DNA from: Scenedesmus sp. PABB004
Lineage: Eukaryota
Direction of reading: 5' to 3'
DNA length: 64,000 nt
Assembly: GCA_014905635.1 (NCBI GenBank)
Contig: JABVCE010000004.1
Span: 310,001-374,000, forward strand
Part shown: positions 49,146-61,969 of the stretch, piece after piece
Numbering within the stretch: position 1 is the first letter of the stretch
Layout: the number at the start of each line of letters is the position of its first letter
The notes under the pieces: model-generated
The model's input: the letters and a program-made list of their open reading frames with translations, nothing else
The model's database searches: none
Told to the model about the DNA's origin: nothing
Translations under genes and position numbers: made by a program

Positions 49146-50624
49146 TCATACTCGCGCGCGCCGCCGCGCGGCCACCGTCGCCGCGATGCTGTCGGGCGGC
49201 GCCGCTGGCAGGCTAAACTCCTCGTCCAGCGAAGCCTTGGCCGCGGGCGGCGGCAGCTGCATGCGCGCCTGCTTGCGCGGCCGCCCCTGGCCGGCGCCCG
49301 CGCCGCGCGGCGCGGCACCCGCCGGCGCCCGCGTGCCGGCTGCGCATGCGCCGTACGACACCATGCCCGCGATCGCCAGCGCCATGCCGGCCAGCTTGCG
49401 TGGTGTCATGGGCTCGCTCCACACCCACCAGCTCGCCAGCAGCACCAGGATCGTCTTGGCGTGGCCCAGCACCTGCGGCGGCGGCCGGCCGCTCGGGCTC
49501 AGCACTCGGGCGCAGGCGCACGGGCCCCGGCGCCGCCGCCCCGCGCGGGCGCTCCTGCGGCGTGGGACTGCAGCCGCGCCTGGAACGTGACCGCGCTGAA
49601 GCGGCCGAGGCAGGCAAACTGGCTGAGGTTGACGGCCACGGCGAGGCTGCACGACAGCGCCAGCGCGCGGCCCGCGCCGGGCGGGGGCGCCCGCAGCCAT
49701 TCGAGCAGCCAGGCGCGCGCGACGTATCGATCGATGACGGGGCCGGCCAGCAGCAGCATGGCGCCCTGAGCGGCCCCCGCCGCGCGGCGGCGGTCAGCCG
49801 CGCCGGCGCCGAGCGCGCGGCGGCGCGGCGGCGGCGGTGGCGCGGCCAGCGTGCCGCAGGGCCCGCACCTGGAGGTGGGCCGTGTTGGAGAGCAGCTGGT
49901 GCGAGCTGAGCGCGTGCCTGCGCTGCAGCGCGCCGCACATGATCTGCTGCGCGGCGCTCGACGACACCGCGAGCGCCGCCACGCCCAGGCCGAGGGGGTT
50001 GACCGCGACGCCGTCGTTCACCGCGACGACCGCCACGCCGCACACGACCGCAGCGATGCTGAGCGCAGCGCGCAAGCTCACGGCCTGGCCCAGCAGCGCC
50101 GCCTCCGCGACCGCGACGCAGGGGATGATCAGCAGCTTGGCCACCTGGTAAGCTCCCACCGAGTTGACCAGCAGCGACAGGTTGAGGCTGGCGACGCTCA
50201 CGCTCGCGACGGCCGCAAAGCGCAGCGCGTCGCGCGCCGGGATCGACGCGCGCGCCGCCAGGCCCGCCGCCTGCGCCGCCCAGACCGCGGCCGCGCAGGC
50301 GAGGAAGTGCAGCGCGCACAGCGTCGTCGCTGTGTGTGGTGCCGGCGGCGGGCGCGCGTGGGCTGGGGCTGGCTGCCGGAGCCGGCGGCGTCGGCTCGCC
50401 CGCGGGCGCGGTCGCCGCGCCGGGCGCGCGTGGGCTGGCTGGCTGCCGGAGCCGGCGGCGTCGGCTCGCCGCGCCGCGCCGCGCCGCGCCGTGCCGCGCG
50501 CACCGAATGTGAAGCCGTGGCCGCTGCGCTCGTCCATGACGAGCTTGTTGGCAAACACGATCAGCACCGACGTGCCGACGTTGGCCGCCAGCGCCACGGC
50601 GTTCGCGGCGCCGCCACGCCGCAT
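49146..50624 (-). CDS. Nucleotide-sugar transporter (TPT/NST family, UXT/URGT-like)
   Basis: NVGTSVLIVFANKLVM, TLCALHF, NLSLLVNSVGAYQVAKLLIIP, VNLSQFACLGRFSAVTFQ|VLGHAKTILVL. Confidence 0.92.
50350..50470. repeat. Intronic direct repeat x2 in the NST gene
   Basis: GGGCGCGCGTGGGCTGG...GGCTGCCGGAGCCGGCGGCGTCGGCTCGCC occurs twice, about 70 nt apart. Confidence 0.75.
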
Positions 50625-51163
50625 CGTTGGCCGCCGCGTGGGTATCGGGCGCTGGCCTGCTCAGGGGCGCTGCCCCGAGCTCCGGCGCCGTCGTGTGCCG
50701 GCTCTGAGTATCCCCGCCGCTTGGGGGACTCAAACACAAAGCCAAAGTTGGGCGTCAGCGCCGCCGGCCAGCTCACAAGCCGGCGTACTGCTGCTGCTCG
50801 CCGGTGCGGCCGGGACCCGCGGCTGCCGAGCGACGGTTGCGCGAGCCTTTCAAGGTCAGGGAGAGTACGGGAGAGCTGCGCCCGGCTCGCGGTGGTTGCG
50901 GCGGCGGCGCCCGCGGCGCGCGACGCTTGGCATAACGCCGGCGCTTCTTCTGCGCCTCCCCGGGTGCCACTCACGCGCCGTCTCACGCGCCGTCTCCGCC
51001 CTCCCGCCGCTAAAGCCCGCCGGCCGCCCGCCCCGGGTCGCCGCCGCAATTCGATCGCCGGCGCCCGCCGCGGCGCCGGCGCCCGCGCGTCCAGGCGGCT
51101 GCGTGCGCCGGCGGCAGCAGCTGCGGGCGGCGGCGGCAGCAGCTGCGAGCACGGGGGGCAGCG

Positions 51164-54100
51164 ATGGACGGCGCCGACGAGAATACCGCCGGCGGCGGCT
51201 GCTGGCGCGTGGAGGCGGTGCACGTGCGCGCGTTCAAGTCGTTCTCCGGCGCCGCGTGGGCGGCGTTCGAGGGCCTGCCCGCGGGCCTCGTGGGCGTGCT
51301 AGGCCCAAACGGCGCAGGCAAGAGCACCCTGCTCGAGGCGATCAGCTTCGCCACCGGCGCGAGCACGGCGCTGATGCGCGGCTGCCGGACGCCGCGCGAC
51401 GCCACCGCCAACGACGCCGCGGGCCGCCTGCCCGAGGTCGTGCTGCGCCTCGCGCGCGGCCGCGGCGAGGCGCACGAGCTGCGCGCGGCGCTCACGCCGG
51501 AGGGCGGCCGCGCGTACCGCGTCGACGGCCGGCTGCGCAGCGGCGCGCAGGTCAAGGTGCGGCGGCGCCGCGGGTATGCTTGCGCCGCCGCGCCGCCGCC
51601 GCCGCGCATGCTCCCACACAAGCTGCTGCGCGTGCTGTGCCGCACACCCCAGGAGTTTCTGCGCGCGCGCGGCATCGTCATCGACGGCACGACCTTCATC
51701 CGCCAGGCCACCGTCACGCGCCTCGCGGAGTGCAACAGTGCGGCGGCGGCGCGGCGCGCGGCGCAGCGCGGCGTGCGGCGCGGCGTGCCCAGCACGCGCG
51801 GTGAGGCGACGGCCGCGCCCAGCACGCACGCGGCGCCCCCGCCCGCGCCCGCCGCGCCAGGCCCGGCCGCGCTCGCGGAGCTCGTCGCCGCCGCGAGCGG
51901 GCTCGACGCCTGGCAGCAGGAGACGGCGGCGGCGCGCGCCGAGGTGGCGCGCACGCGCAGGACGCTGGCAGACGTCGCGGCGAGCGTGTCGCGCCTGCAG
52001 GCCGCCGGCGCGGCGGACGAGGCGGCCATGGCGGCGGCGGCGCGCGCGGCGGCGCTCGACGCGGAGCTGGAGCAGCTCCTTGCCGGCCTGGGCGGCGGCG
52101 TGGCGGCGCGCCGCGCGGCGCTCGCGGCGGCGGCGGCCGACGCGGCGCGGCGGGAGCGTGAGCGCGGCAACGACGACGCAGCCGCCGCGCAGCAGCTGCA
52201 GGCGCTGTCGGCGGAGCGCGCGCGCCTCGCGACCGCGCAGGCGCAGGTGCTGGCGGAGCTGGACGCCGCGGCGGCGGCCCCCGACGCCAGGGCGCTCGCG
52301 GAGGGCGTCGCGCGCGTGCAGGCCGAGCTGCAGGCGCTGCAGGCCGCCGCGGCCGCGCGCGACGCGCTGGCTGCCGACCGGGGATCCTGCGCACAGCTGC
52401 TGGCGCAGCACAGCGAGCGCGCAGCGCGGCTGCGGGGCGAGCTCGACGCGGCGCGGCGCGCGGCCGCGGAGGCGGCAGGCAGCCTGTCGGCGGCGCGCGA
52501 GGCCGGCAGCGGCGCGGAGGGCCTGGCGCGCCAGGCGGCGGAGCTGGCGCGCCAGGCCGCGGCGGCGGGCGCCGCCGCCGCGGCGCAGGCAGAGGCTGCG
52601 TCCGCTGCGGCGCGCGAGCACGAGCGCGCGCTGGCGCGCGCGGCGGCGGCGGAGCAGCGCCTGCCGGGGCCGGCAGCGCGCGACACGGTGGCGGCGGCGG
52701 CGGACGCCGCGCGCGCCGCAGCTGCCGAGGCGGAAGCGCGCGCGCAGGCGGCGGCGCGGCTGCGCCAGCAGGTGGAGCAGCTGCAGCTGGAGCAGCAGCT
52801 GGCCGACGGGGCGCTGCCCGCCCGCCACACGGCCGCCGTGCTGGCAGCCGCCGGCACGGGCGCCGCCGGAGCCGCGCCCCTGGTCTCGTGCTTTCGCTTC
52901 CGCGACGCCGCCGCGGCACAGGGGCGGCTGCAGGCGCTGCTGGCGCCGCTCGCCGCCATCGCCGGCCCCGCCGCGCTGCAGGCGCTGGTCGCGCCGACCA
53001 TGCGGCAGGCCGAGTCGCTGCTCGCGGCGGCCGCGGGCGGCGGCGGCGGCGGCGGCGGGCGGCTGAAGATCTGGCCGCTCGACTCCCTGCGCGTGCGCAG
53101 CCTGGGCCCGGCGCAGCGCGCCGCGCAGGCCGAGCTGGGCGCGGCGCGCGTGACGCTGCCGCTGGACCTGCTGCAGTTTGACCCCGCGCACGAGCCCGCG
53201 CTGCGCCGGGCGCTCGGAGGCTACGTGCTGGCGGCCGACGACGCCACGGCGGCGGCGCTCGTGGAGCGCTACGGCCTGGCCTCGGTCACGCCGGACGGCA
53301 CGGTCACCCGGCGGGGCCAGATGACCGGCGGTTGGGCCGGCAGCGGCGGCGGCGCCGCCGCCGCGGCGTGGGCGGCAAAGCTGGCTGCCGACGCGCTCGC
53401 GACGCGGGCGGCGGGCGCGGCGGCCCAGCTCGCGACGGCGCTGCGCGACGCGGCGGCGGCAGAGGCGCGCCGCTGCGAGGCGGAGGCGCGCCTGGCGGCG
53501 GCTGAGGCGGCCGACGCGGCGGCGCAGGAGCTGGCGCGGCTGCGCGCAGCCGTCGACGCCGCCGCGAGCGCGCGCGCGGAAGAGGAGCGGGGCCTGGCCG
53601 CAGCGCAGGAGCGCCACGCCGCCCTGCAGGAGCGGCTGGCGCAGTGCCGGGCGGCTCTGGGCGCCGGCGGCGAGGCCGCCGCCGCCGCCGCGCTGCAGGC
53701 GCGGCTGCGCGCCGACGCGGAGCGCGCCTCGGCCGACGCAGCAGCAGCTGAGGAGCAGCTGCAGGCGTCAGAGGAGGAGGCGGTGGCCGCCGAGGCGCGG
53801 CTGGAGACGCTGGAGCTGCAGCTCGCCGGCGCGGCGGAGCCCGCGGCCCTGGCGCGGCAGCTGGCGGACCGCGAGGCGGCGCTGGAGGAGCTGCGCGCGC
53901 AGCAGGCGGCGCGCGGCGAGGCCGCGGCGGCGCGCCAGGCCGAGGCGGCGCGCCTCGACGGCGAGGCTGCTGAGCTGGAGCGCGCGCTGCGCCTCGCCGA
54001 GGCCCGGCGCGGCGCGGCGGCGGGCGCGCTCGCGGCGGCGCGCGACGCGGCGGGACAGGCGGCCGCGGCGGCGGCGGCGCTCGCGCGTGAGGCGCGGCTG

Positions 54101-55250
54101 CTGGCGCGCGACTTCCCTGGCTGCGCCGCGCTCTCGGCCGCAGCCGCGGCGGCGCCGGCCGCAGCGCCCACGCCGGCAGCGGAGGGCGCGCCGCCGCCGC
54201 CGTCCGCCAAGGAGGTGTTGGCGATGGCGGCGGCCGCGCGCCGGCTGCGCGCAGAGATCGCGGCGCAGCAGGCGCCCGACCTTCCGGCCGCGCAACGGGT
54301 GCGCGGCGCGGACGCGCAACCAGCCACGCGCCGCAGGGTTCCCCTGGCCGGCACGCTGCGACGCCTGCCGACGACGCCCGCGCCCGCAGGAGCTCTGCCA
54401 GGCGCGCGCCGCGCGCGTGGCGCGCTTGACGCAGGAGGCGGCGGCGCTCGCGGGCGCGGCGGACGCCCTCGAGGTGCACGTGGCGGCCGCGGCGGAGCAG
54501 GCGCGCGCGCGCTGGCTGCCTTCGGGAGCTGCTGCTGCGGCGCGGCCGGCGCGCCGAGGCGGCGGGCTGCACCCACACGCGCGCGCACTCGCGCAGGTGT
54601 TTGCTGCCAACGACGCCATCTTTGAGGACGTGGCGGCCGGCTTCAGCGCGCTCTGCGGCAGCCTGCTGCCGTCGATGGAGCTGCGGGTCGTGCGCGTCGG
54701 AGCGCAGGCGCACGGCGGCCTGCGCTTTGAGTTCCGCCGCCTGCCCGACGCGGCGCCGGCGGCGGGCGCGGGCGCGGCGGCCGGCGCGGGCGCGTGGGAG
54801 GGCAGCCTCGGCGAGCTGAGCGGCGGGCAGCAGACGCTGGTGAGCCTGGCGATGCTGCTCGCGGTCGCGCGCGGCGGCAGCGGCAGCCGGGTGTTCCTGC
54901 TGGATGAGGTCGACGCCGCGCTGGACGAGCACAACCAGGCCCGCGCGGCGGCGCTGCTGCGCCAGCTCGCGGCCGCGCGCGACGGCCGCGGGCGGTGCCA
55001 GGTGCTGGTCGTGACGCACAACCCGGCGTTCCAGGCGGCCTGCGACGGCCTCGTCCACGTCGTGCGGCGCCCTGGCGGCGGCAGCGCACCCGCCGGCGCC
55101 GGCAAGCCGGAGCAGGCGGGCGGCATGGAGCCGGGCGGCGGCGCCGCCGCGGCCAAGGGCAAGGCCAGGCAGCCGCGCGGCGGCGGCAGCGGCGGCGGCG
55201 CGCCGCGCGGCCGGGGCGCGGCCCGGAAGCGGGGGCGCCTCGCGCCGTGA
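51164..55250 (+). CDS. Divergent SMC-family ATPase (SMC2-like hinge and signature)
   Basis: AFKSF, Walker A GPNGAGKST, long coiled coils, hinge (RLKIWPLD...SVTPDG...MTGG), signature LSGGQ, Walker B/D-loop FLLDEVDAALD, H-loop VVTH. Confidence 0.88.
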
Positions 55251-55326
55251 GGGCGCGCGCGGGCCCCGGCTCGTGCAGCGCTCGGGTTACACGCTGCGGC
55301 CGCTCGCCCGCGCGCCCGAGCGCGCC

Positions 55327-57674
55327 TCACAGCTCGTCGCGCGCGGGCCCCCACTCGCCGCCGGACAGCCGCGCCATGGTGAGCCCGAGCACGCCGACGC
55401 CGGCGCGAATGTCGGCCTCCGACGCAAACTCGTCGGGGCGGTGGCTGTAGCCGTGGGCGCAGGGAATGAAGATCATGCCGGTCGGGGCGATTCGCGCCAT
55501 GAACAGCGAGTCGTGGTACGCGCGGCTAACCATGCGCTTCGCGCTCAGCCCCAGCTCGGCCGCCGACGCCGCGATCGCGTCCTGCACGTCCCCGTCGCAC
55601 GCGGCGGGCGGGTCCTGGTTGATGAGCGCCGACGCGACGCGCACGCGCCGCGCGGCCGCGATGGTCGACGCGGACGCGAGGATCGCAGACACGACGCCGT
55701 CGCGGCGCGCGCCGTCGACGTCGCGCACGTCTGAGCGCGCGTGGCGGCGGGCGGTCAACGGGCGGCGTTCAACGGGCGGCGCTCGGCCGGCGGCGGTCGG
55801 CCGGCGGCGGCGGAGCAGGCCGGGCGTGCGGGCCGCGCGCGCGCGCGCGCGCGCACCGATGGCGAGCCGCGCCTCGCGCGGCACGCTGTTGACGGCGTTG
55901 GGCGAGACCTCAAACTTGCCCGTGGTCCCGACAGTGTCCTCCGCGCCCGTGGCCAGCGTGTGCGCCTCGACCGCAAGCGCCAGCTCCGCGCCCGCGAGCC
56001 CCGCGTCGTTCCTGCGACGCGCGCGCCGCGCGGCGCGCGCGGCGCGCGTCAGGCAGAGGCCGCCCCGCCCGCCCGGCCCCTGGCGCCCGCCGCCGCCCGA
56101 GGCCCCCGCCGCCCGGCCGGGCAGCGCCGCCGCCGCCGCCGCCGCCGCCGCCCCCGGCCGCACCGCAGCGGCATGAGCTGCGCGCCCGCGTGGCCGCCGT
56201 CGCCGGAGAACGTCACCTCGAGCGCCGCGGGCGCAGCGATGGCGGTGACGACGCCGATGTCGACGCCCTCCTGCGCAGGTGGTCGGGGCGGCGTTTGCTG
56301 TTTGCCCCGGTGCGCGCCGCCGCTCGCGCGCGCGCGCTCGCCGCGCGTGCGCCCGCGCGTGCGCCCGCGCCCGCGCATGCCCCCGCCCGCGCACCGCCTC
56401 GAGGGTGGGTCCCTGCTCGATGTGCAGCTCCACAAAATAGTCCACCACCCCCGGCGCCGTGCGCGCCGCGTCGAGCACCGCCTGGTGGCTGCTGCCGCCG
56501 TAGCCCGCCGCGTTGGCCGCCTGCGAACGGAGGAGGTCGGCGCCGCGCGGGCGCTGCCCGGGTGCGTGTGCCGCCCGGCCCGTGCGCGCCCGGCGTGCCG
56601 TGCCTGTAGGAAGGTGGTCCCGTTCTCGTCGCGCTTCGCGTCCAGCGTCTCGGCGCTCAGCGCGCCCGCCATCGCGCGGCTGCCGATGCAGGAGAGCTTG
56701 AAGCGCGTGGGCTCCTCGCTCGTGAACATCATGACCTCAAGGCTGCGCTTGGGCTTGAAGCCCTGCGGCCGGCGGCAGTCCGCGGCGGCGGGGCGTGAGC
56801 AGGGGCCCCGAGCGCGGGGCCGGGCAGCCCGTCCCGCCGCCGCCGTGCCGCGCGTGCTGCGGCGCACCGCGCGGCGCAGCGCGGCGAGGGCCTCCACGGC
56901 GCCGATGACGCCGAGGGTGCCGTCGTACATGCCGGCCAGCGGGATCGCGTCGCAGTGCGACCCCGTCAGCACTGATCCGAGGCTCGGGTCGGAGCCCTCC
57001 CAGCGGCCAAAGATGTTGCCCACCGCGTCCTCCCGCACGGCCAGGCCGGCGCTGGCCATCAGATCCTTCACGAAGCTGCGGCCGGGCGGCGGCGGGCAGC
57101 GGGCAGCGTGCGGCGGCGGGCGCGGGCGCGGTGCAGTCGGTCCGGCGTCGGCCGCGGCACGAGCCGTGCCCTCGGCCGCGGCACGAGGGCGCCCTCGCTG
57201 CCGGCGCGGCGCTGAGGGCGCAGCGCGGCTGCCAGGTCCAGCAGGCTGGCCTGCCACCCCCTCGGCCGCCGCAGCCGCTGGCGGCGCTGCGGTAAGCGAT
57301 TAGCCCCGTCGCCCGCTGCTGCCGCCGCGCCCCCGCCCCCCACTCACGCCCGCGCCTCCATGTCTCGCGGAGTGAAGAGTATGCGCGTCACCGCGGGGTT
57401 GGGGTCATCGCTCAGGGCAGCCAGCGCGGTCAGCTGCGCAGGGCAGCGCGGCGCGTGAGCTCGCGCGATGGGCCGCCCCCTCGCCGCGTGGGCGGGCCGC
57501 TGCGCCCGTCTGGCGGGCGCGTCACGCTTGCCGCAGCTCTCTGCCCCCCAAACTCACGTCAGCGACCACTTTGCTCGCGTCCACAGCCAGATTGGCGCTG
57601 CTGCCCGCGCTCGCCCGCGTGGCGCACGCCAGCAGGGCTAGCGCCAGCGCCAGCCGGGCGCGCCCCGAGGTCAT
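55327..57674 (-). CDS. UAH: Ureidoglycolate amidohydrolase (M20/allantoate amidohydrolase family), ER-luminal
   Basis: Signal peptide, TGSHCDAIP, FTSEEPTRF, FVELHIEQGP, GGHAG, MVSRAYHDSLFMA, GYSHRPDE, C-terminal RDEL. Confidence 0.92.
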
Positions 57675-58096
57675 TGAACTCACGCCGACGTGCCGGGCGA
57701 ATTTGGTTGCCGCTGCGCGCGCGTGTGGGAGAGGGCTGGCGGGCGCTGGTGTTCGGCGAGCCCGCGCGCGCTGGTGCGTCAGACGGACGAGGCGGAGAGC
57801 CGGGAATGCGGGGAGCGCGGCGGCGCGCGGAACAGGACTCCGCGAGGCCGCGCACGTGGCATATCAGGGCAACGCAGGCACGACAGCGGCAGTGACGCCT
57901 GCTGCTGCCTGCCGCTCTGCCTCCTGGGCGCACCCAGAGGTCGGCACGCTCGTCACACCACAACCCTGACGCTGGGCGTGAGAGCCGGACCGCATGCGCT
58001 GAACTTACTCGCGCGACAACAGCAGCGGCGACCAGCGCCCTAACCGCCGCGGAGGGCTCACACAGGGGGGCTGCTCTCCGCGCCGCTCGCCCCTGG

Positions 58097-59776
58097 ATGG
58101 TCAAGCACGTGGGCCACACGCCGTGGTGGCCGCAGCGGGACAGCCCCGCGGCGGCGTCACTGCCGGCGCGGGTGCTGCTCTCGCCGCTCTGGCTGTACCA
58201 AAAGCTCATCTATGACGGCCGGCCCGACACCGCCGGGCTGAAGACGCGCCCCCCGTTATGGCGCGTGCTGCAGAGCCAGTGGCGCTGGCTGCAGGCCGCG
58301 ACGTGCTACGTGGGCCCGCCGGCGCACATCCTCGTCAACATTCGCTGGCCGCTGCTGGTCAACATGATGCTTGCCATAGGCATCGTCGCCGACCTGGCGC
58401 GCCCCACGCCGCTCCTGCCGCACTTTGGCACGTTTGTGATCACCACCTGGCGCCTGATCAGCTTCGTGATGGCGCTGCTGCTTGCGTTCAGGCTCAACCG
58501 ATCGTACGACCGCTGGTGCGGCCGCACGCCGCGCCGCGCCGCCCCGCCGCGCCGCTGCCGCGCCGCGCGACCTGCCGCGCCACCCGGGGCGCCACCACGT
58601 GCAGGTGGCTCGCGCGGCAGTCGTTTGGCGGCGTCGCCGGCGCGAGCATGGCCCTCAGCCAGCAGGCGATTGCGTACGTGCAGGACGCCGCGATACGCGT
58701 GAGCCGCCCGCCGCGCACGCCGCCGCGCACGCCGCAGCGCACGCCGCCGCGCCCGCGTCCGCCCCACAACGCGCGCGCTGCGCGCGCAGGCGGAGCTGCT
58801 GCGCTGGGCCAAGGTCTGGCCGTGGTGCATACTGCAGGCGTGCCGCGGCGACGCGTCGCTGCACGCGCGCGCCGCCGCGGTGCTGACTGCGGACGAGCTG
58901 CGCTTCTATGACGCGGTGCCCAAGCCCCGCGAGGTCATTCACTTCAACCTGCGCTCGCTCGTGGCGCTCGCGGGGCGGGCCCTGGGCGACGCGGAGCACC
59001 AGGCGCTGGAGGGAACGGTTGCCACCGGCATCGCCGCCGCGGGCGGCTGCGTGCGTATCCGCATGCAGGCAATGCCGCTCGCGGCGAGCCTCATGTGCAC
59101 GGGTGCGCGCGGCGCTCCGCGGCCGCGGCCGGGAGAGCGCCGTCGGCGGGCCGCCGAGAGCGCCGCCGGCGGCCCACGCCACCGCACGCGCCCGTGCCCC
59201 CGTGCGCGCGTCGTGGCCGCGCGCGCGCGTCGCGGTGGCTGTGCCGTCAGGTTTCTTGCAGATCTTCCTGATGTTTCTGCCCTGCGGGCTGCTCATGGAG
59301 CTGCCGACCACGGCCGCGACGCCCGCGTGGGGCCTGGTCATCTACTTTTTCACCTGCGTGCTGCTCCTCGGCGTGGACGAGGTCGCCAACCAGCTGGAGA
59401 TGCCGTTTACGGCCATCCCGATGGAGGACATGGCCAACTCGACGGCGCGCGACCTCGACATGTGCGCACAGCGCGCCACGCGCGCTGTGCGGCGGCTCCG
59501 CAGCTGGCCGGGCGGCGCCCGCTGCGCCGCGCTGGCTCTCTCTCCTGACCCCGCGCCCGCTGCCGCCGCCGCAGCCTGCTGGGACAGGCGGCGGCGCTGG
59601 GCGCGCTGCGGGAAGCGGCGCTCGAGCGTCACCGCTGCTCGGCCGGCGCGGCGCCGCCGGCGTCGCCGGTGCCGCCGGCAACGACCGCTAGTGTGGCCGG
59701 CGCTGACGCGGCAGTCGCGGGGCCGCAGCAGCTGCCCGCGGCGGGCGCGCAGCAGCAGCGTCGCATGGCGGTGTAA
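58097..59776 (+). CDS. Bestrophin-like (UPF0187/RFP-TM) anion channel, copy 1
   Basis: LLLAFRLNRSYDRW|WLARQSFG and LLGVDEVANQLEMPF. 5 exons, with the TAA overlapping TGTAA. Confidence 0.88.
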
Positions 59777-60108
59777 CCAGAACCTCAAGGCCCGCTTACG
59801 CGCGTTTGGGTCGGCGATGTCGGTGCCTGTCGCCTCCTGGTGGCCCGCCCGGATCGACGTGCCCGATCGCAGGCTCGCCGCGCCCCGACGCAGCTCCCCC
59901 AACGGCGCGACGCCGCCGCGCCCGGTGAGCTGCTATCTCTTCACAGGAGGTCGCGCGCTCCTCAAACCACCGACCTGAACTCCTTGGCACGCGCGAACCG
60001 GACCGTCGGCGGTGGTCTGGCCTGCGCGCTCCACTGCGCGCAGCAGCAGCGACCAGCACCCTTACCGGCACACACAGGGGGGCTGCTCCGCGCGCCGCTC
60101 GCCCCTGG

Positions 60109-61773
60109 ATGGTCAAGCACGTGGGCCACACGCCGTGGTGGCCGCAGCGGGACAGCCCCGCGGCGGCGTCACTGCGGGCGCGGGTGCTGCTCTCGCCGCT
60201 CTGGCTGTACCAAAAGCTCATCTATGACGGCCGGCCCGACACCGCCGGGCTGAAGACGCGGCCCGCGCAGTGGCGCGTGCTGCAGAGCAAATGGCGGTGG
60301 CTCCAAGCCGCGACGTGCTATGTGGGCCCGCCGGCGCACATCCTCGTCAACATTCGCTGGCCGCTGCTGGTCAACATGATGCTTGCCATAGGCATCGTCG
60401 CCGACCTGGCGCGCCCCACGCCGCTCCTGCCGCACTTTGGCACGTTTGTGATCACCACCTGGCGCCTGATCAGCTTCGTGATGGCGCTGCTGCTTGCGTT
60501 CAGGCTCAACCGATCGTACGACCGCTGGTGCGGCCGCACGCCGCGCCGCGCCGCCGCGCCGCCACGCCGCTGCCGCGCCGCGCGACCTGCCGCGCCACCC
60601 GGGGCGCCACCACGTGCAGGTGGCTCGCGCGGCAGTCGTTTGGCGGCGTCGCCGGCGCGAGCATGGCCCTCAGCCAGCAGGCGATTGCGTACGTGCAGGA
60701 CGCCGCGATACGCGTGAGCCGCCCGCCGCGCACGCCGCCGCGCACGCCGCAGCGCACGCCGCCGCGCCCGCGTCCGCCCCACAACGCGCGCGCTGCGCGC
60801 GCAGGCGGAGCTGCTGCGCTGGGCCAAGGTCTGGCCGTGGTGCATACTGCAGGCGTGCCGCGGCGACGCGTCGCTGCACGCGCGCGCCGCCGCGGTGCTG
60901 ACTGCGGACGAGCTGCGCTTCTATGACGCGGTGCCCAAGCCCCGCGAGGTCATTCACTTCAACCTGCGCTCGCTCGTGGCGCTCGCGGGGCGGGCCCTGG
61001 GCGACGCGGAGCACCAGGCGCTGGAGGGAACGGTTGCCACCGGCATCGCCGCCGCGGGCGGCTGCATGCGCATCCGCATGCAGGCAATGCCGCTCGCCGC
61101 GAGCCTCATGTGCTCGGGTGCGCGCGGCGCGCGCCGGCCGCGGGGCCGCGCGCAGGTGGCCGCCGCTGGCGCCCACAGCATGCCGCCGCGCCTGCGCGCG
61201 CGCGGCGCGCGTCGTGGCGGCTGTGCCGTCAGGGTTCCTGCAGATCTTCCTCATGGTTCTGCCCTGTGGGCTGATGGAGCCGCCCACGGCCGAGACGCCC
61301 GCGTGGGGCCTGGTCATCTACTTTTTCACCTGCGTGCTGCTCCTCGGCGTGGACGAGGTCGCCAACCAGCTGGAGATGCCGTTTACGGCCATCCCGATGG
61401 AGGACATGGCCAACTCGACGGCGCGCGACCTCGACATGTGCGCACAGCGCGCCACGCGCGCTGTGCGGCGGCTCCGCAGCTGGCCGGGCGGCGCCCGCTG
61501 CGCCGCGCTGGCTCTCTCTCCTGACCCCGCGCCCGCTGCCGCCGCCGCAGCCTGCTGGGACAGGCGGCGGCGCTGGGCGCGCTGCGGGAAGCGGCGCTCG
61601 AGCGTCACCGCTGCTCGGCCGGCGCGGCGCCGCCGGCATCGCCAGGGGTGGCGCCGCCGGCGTCGCCGGTGCCGCCGGGAACGTCTGATGGCGCATTCGG
61701 TGCTCACGTGGCTGTCGCGGGGCCGCAGCAGCTGCCCGCGGGCGGCCCCGCCACCTTCGCACCAGAGGTGTAA
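60109..61773 (+). CDS. Bestrophin-like anion channel, copy 2 (tandem paralog)
   Basis: Same motifs and exon structure as copy 1, offset by about 2.0 kb. Confidence 0.88.
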
Positions 61774-61969
61774 CCGAACCTCAAGGCCGCTCACGCGCGG
61801 CAGCTGCCGCGCGCCGTTTGGGCCGGCCACGTTGCGGTCTTGAGGTGTCGGCGTGTGGTGGACCGCCCCATCGATCGATCGCAGGCTCGCCGCGCGCCGC
61901 TGGCCAGCCATCGGAACGCGCCCGGCCAGCGCCGCCCAGCCGCCCCTGCGCGTGTCCGACGCACCCGGA

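Larger units (their letters stand above)
58019..61895 (+). repeat. Tandem segmental duplication of about 2.0 kb (58019-59885 vs 60041-61895)
   Basis: Near-identical exons and several introns. Ends are approximate. Confidence 0.93.
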
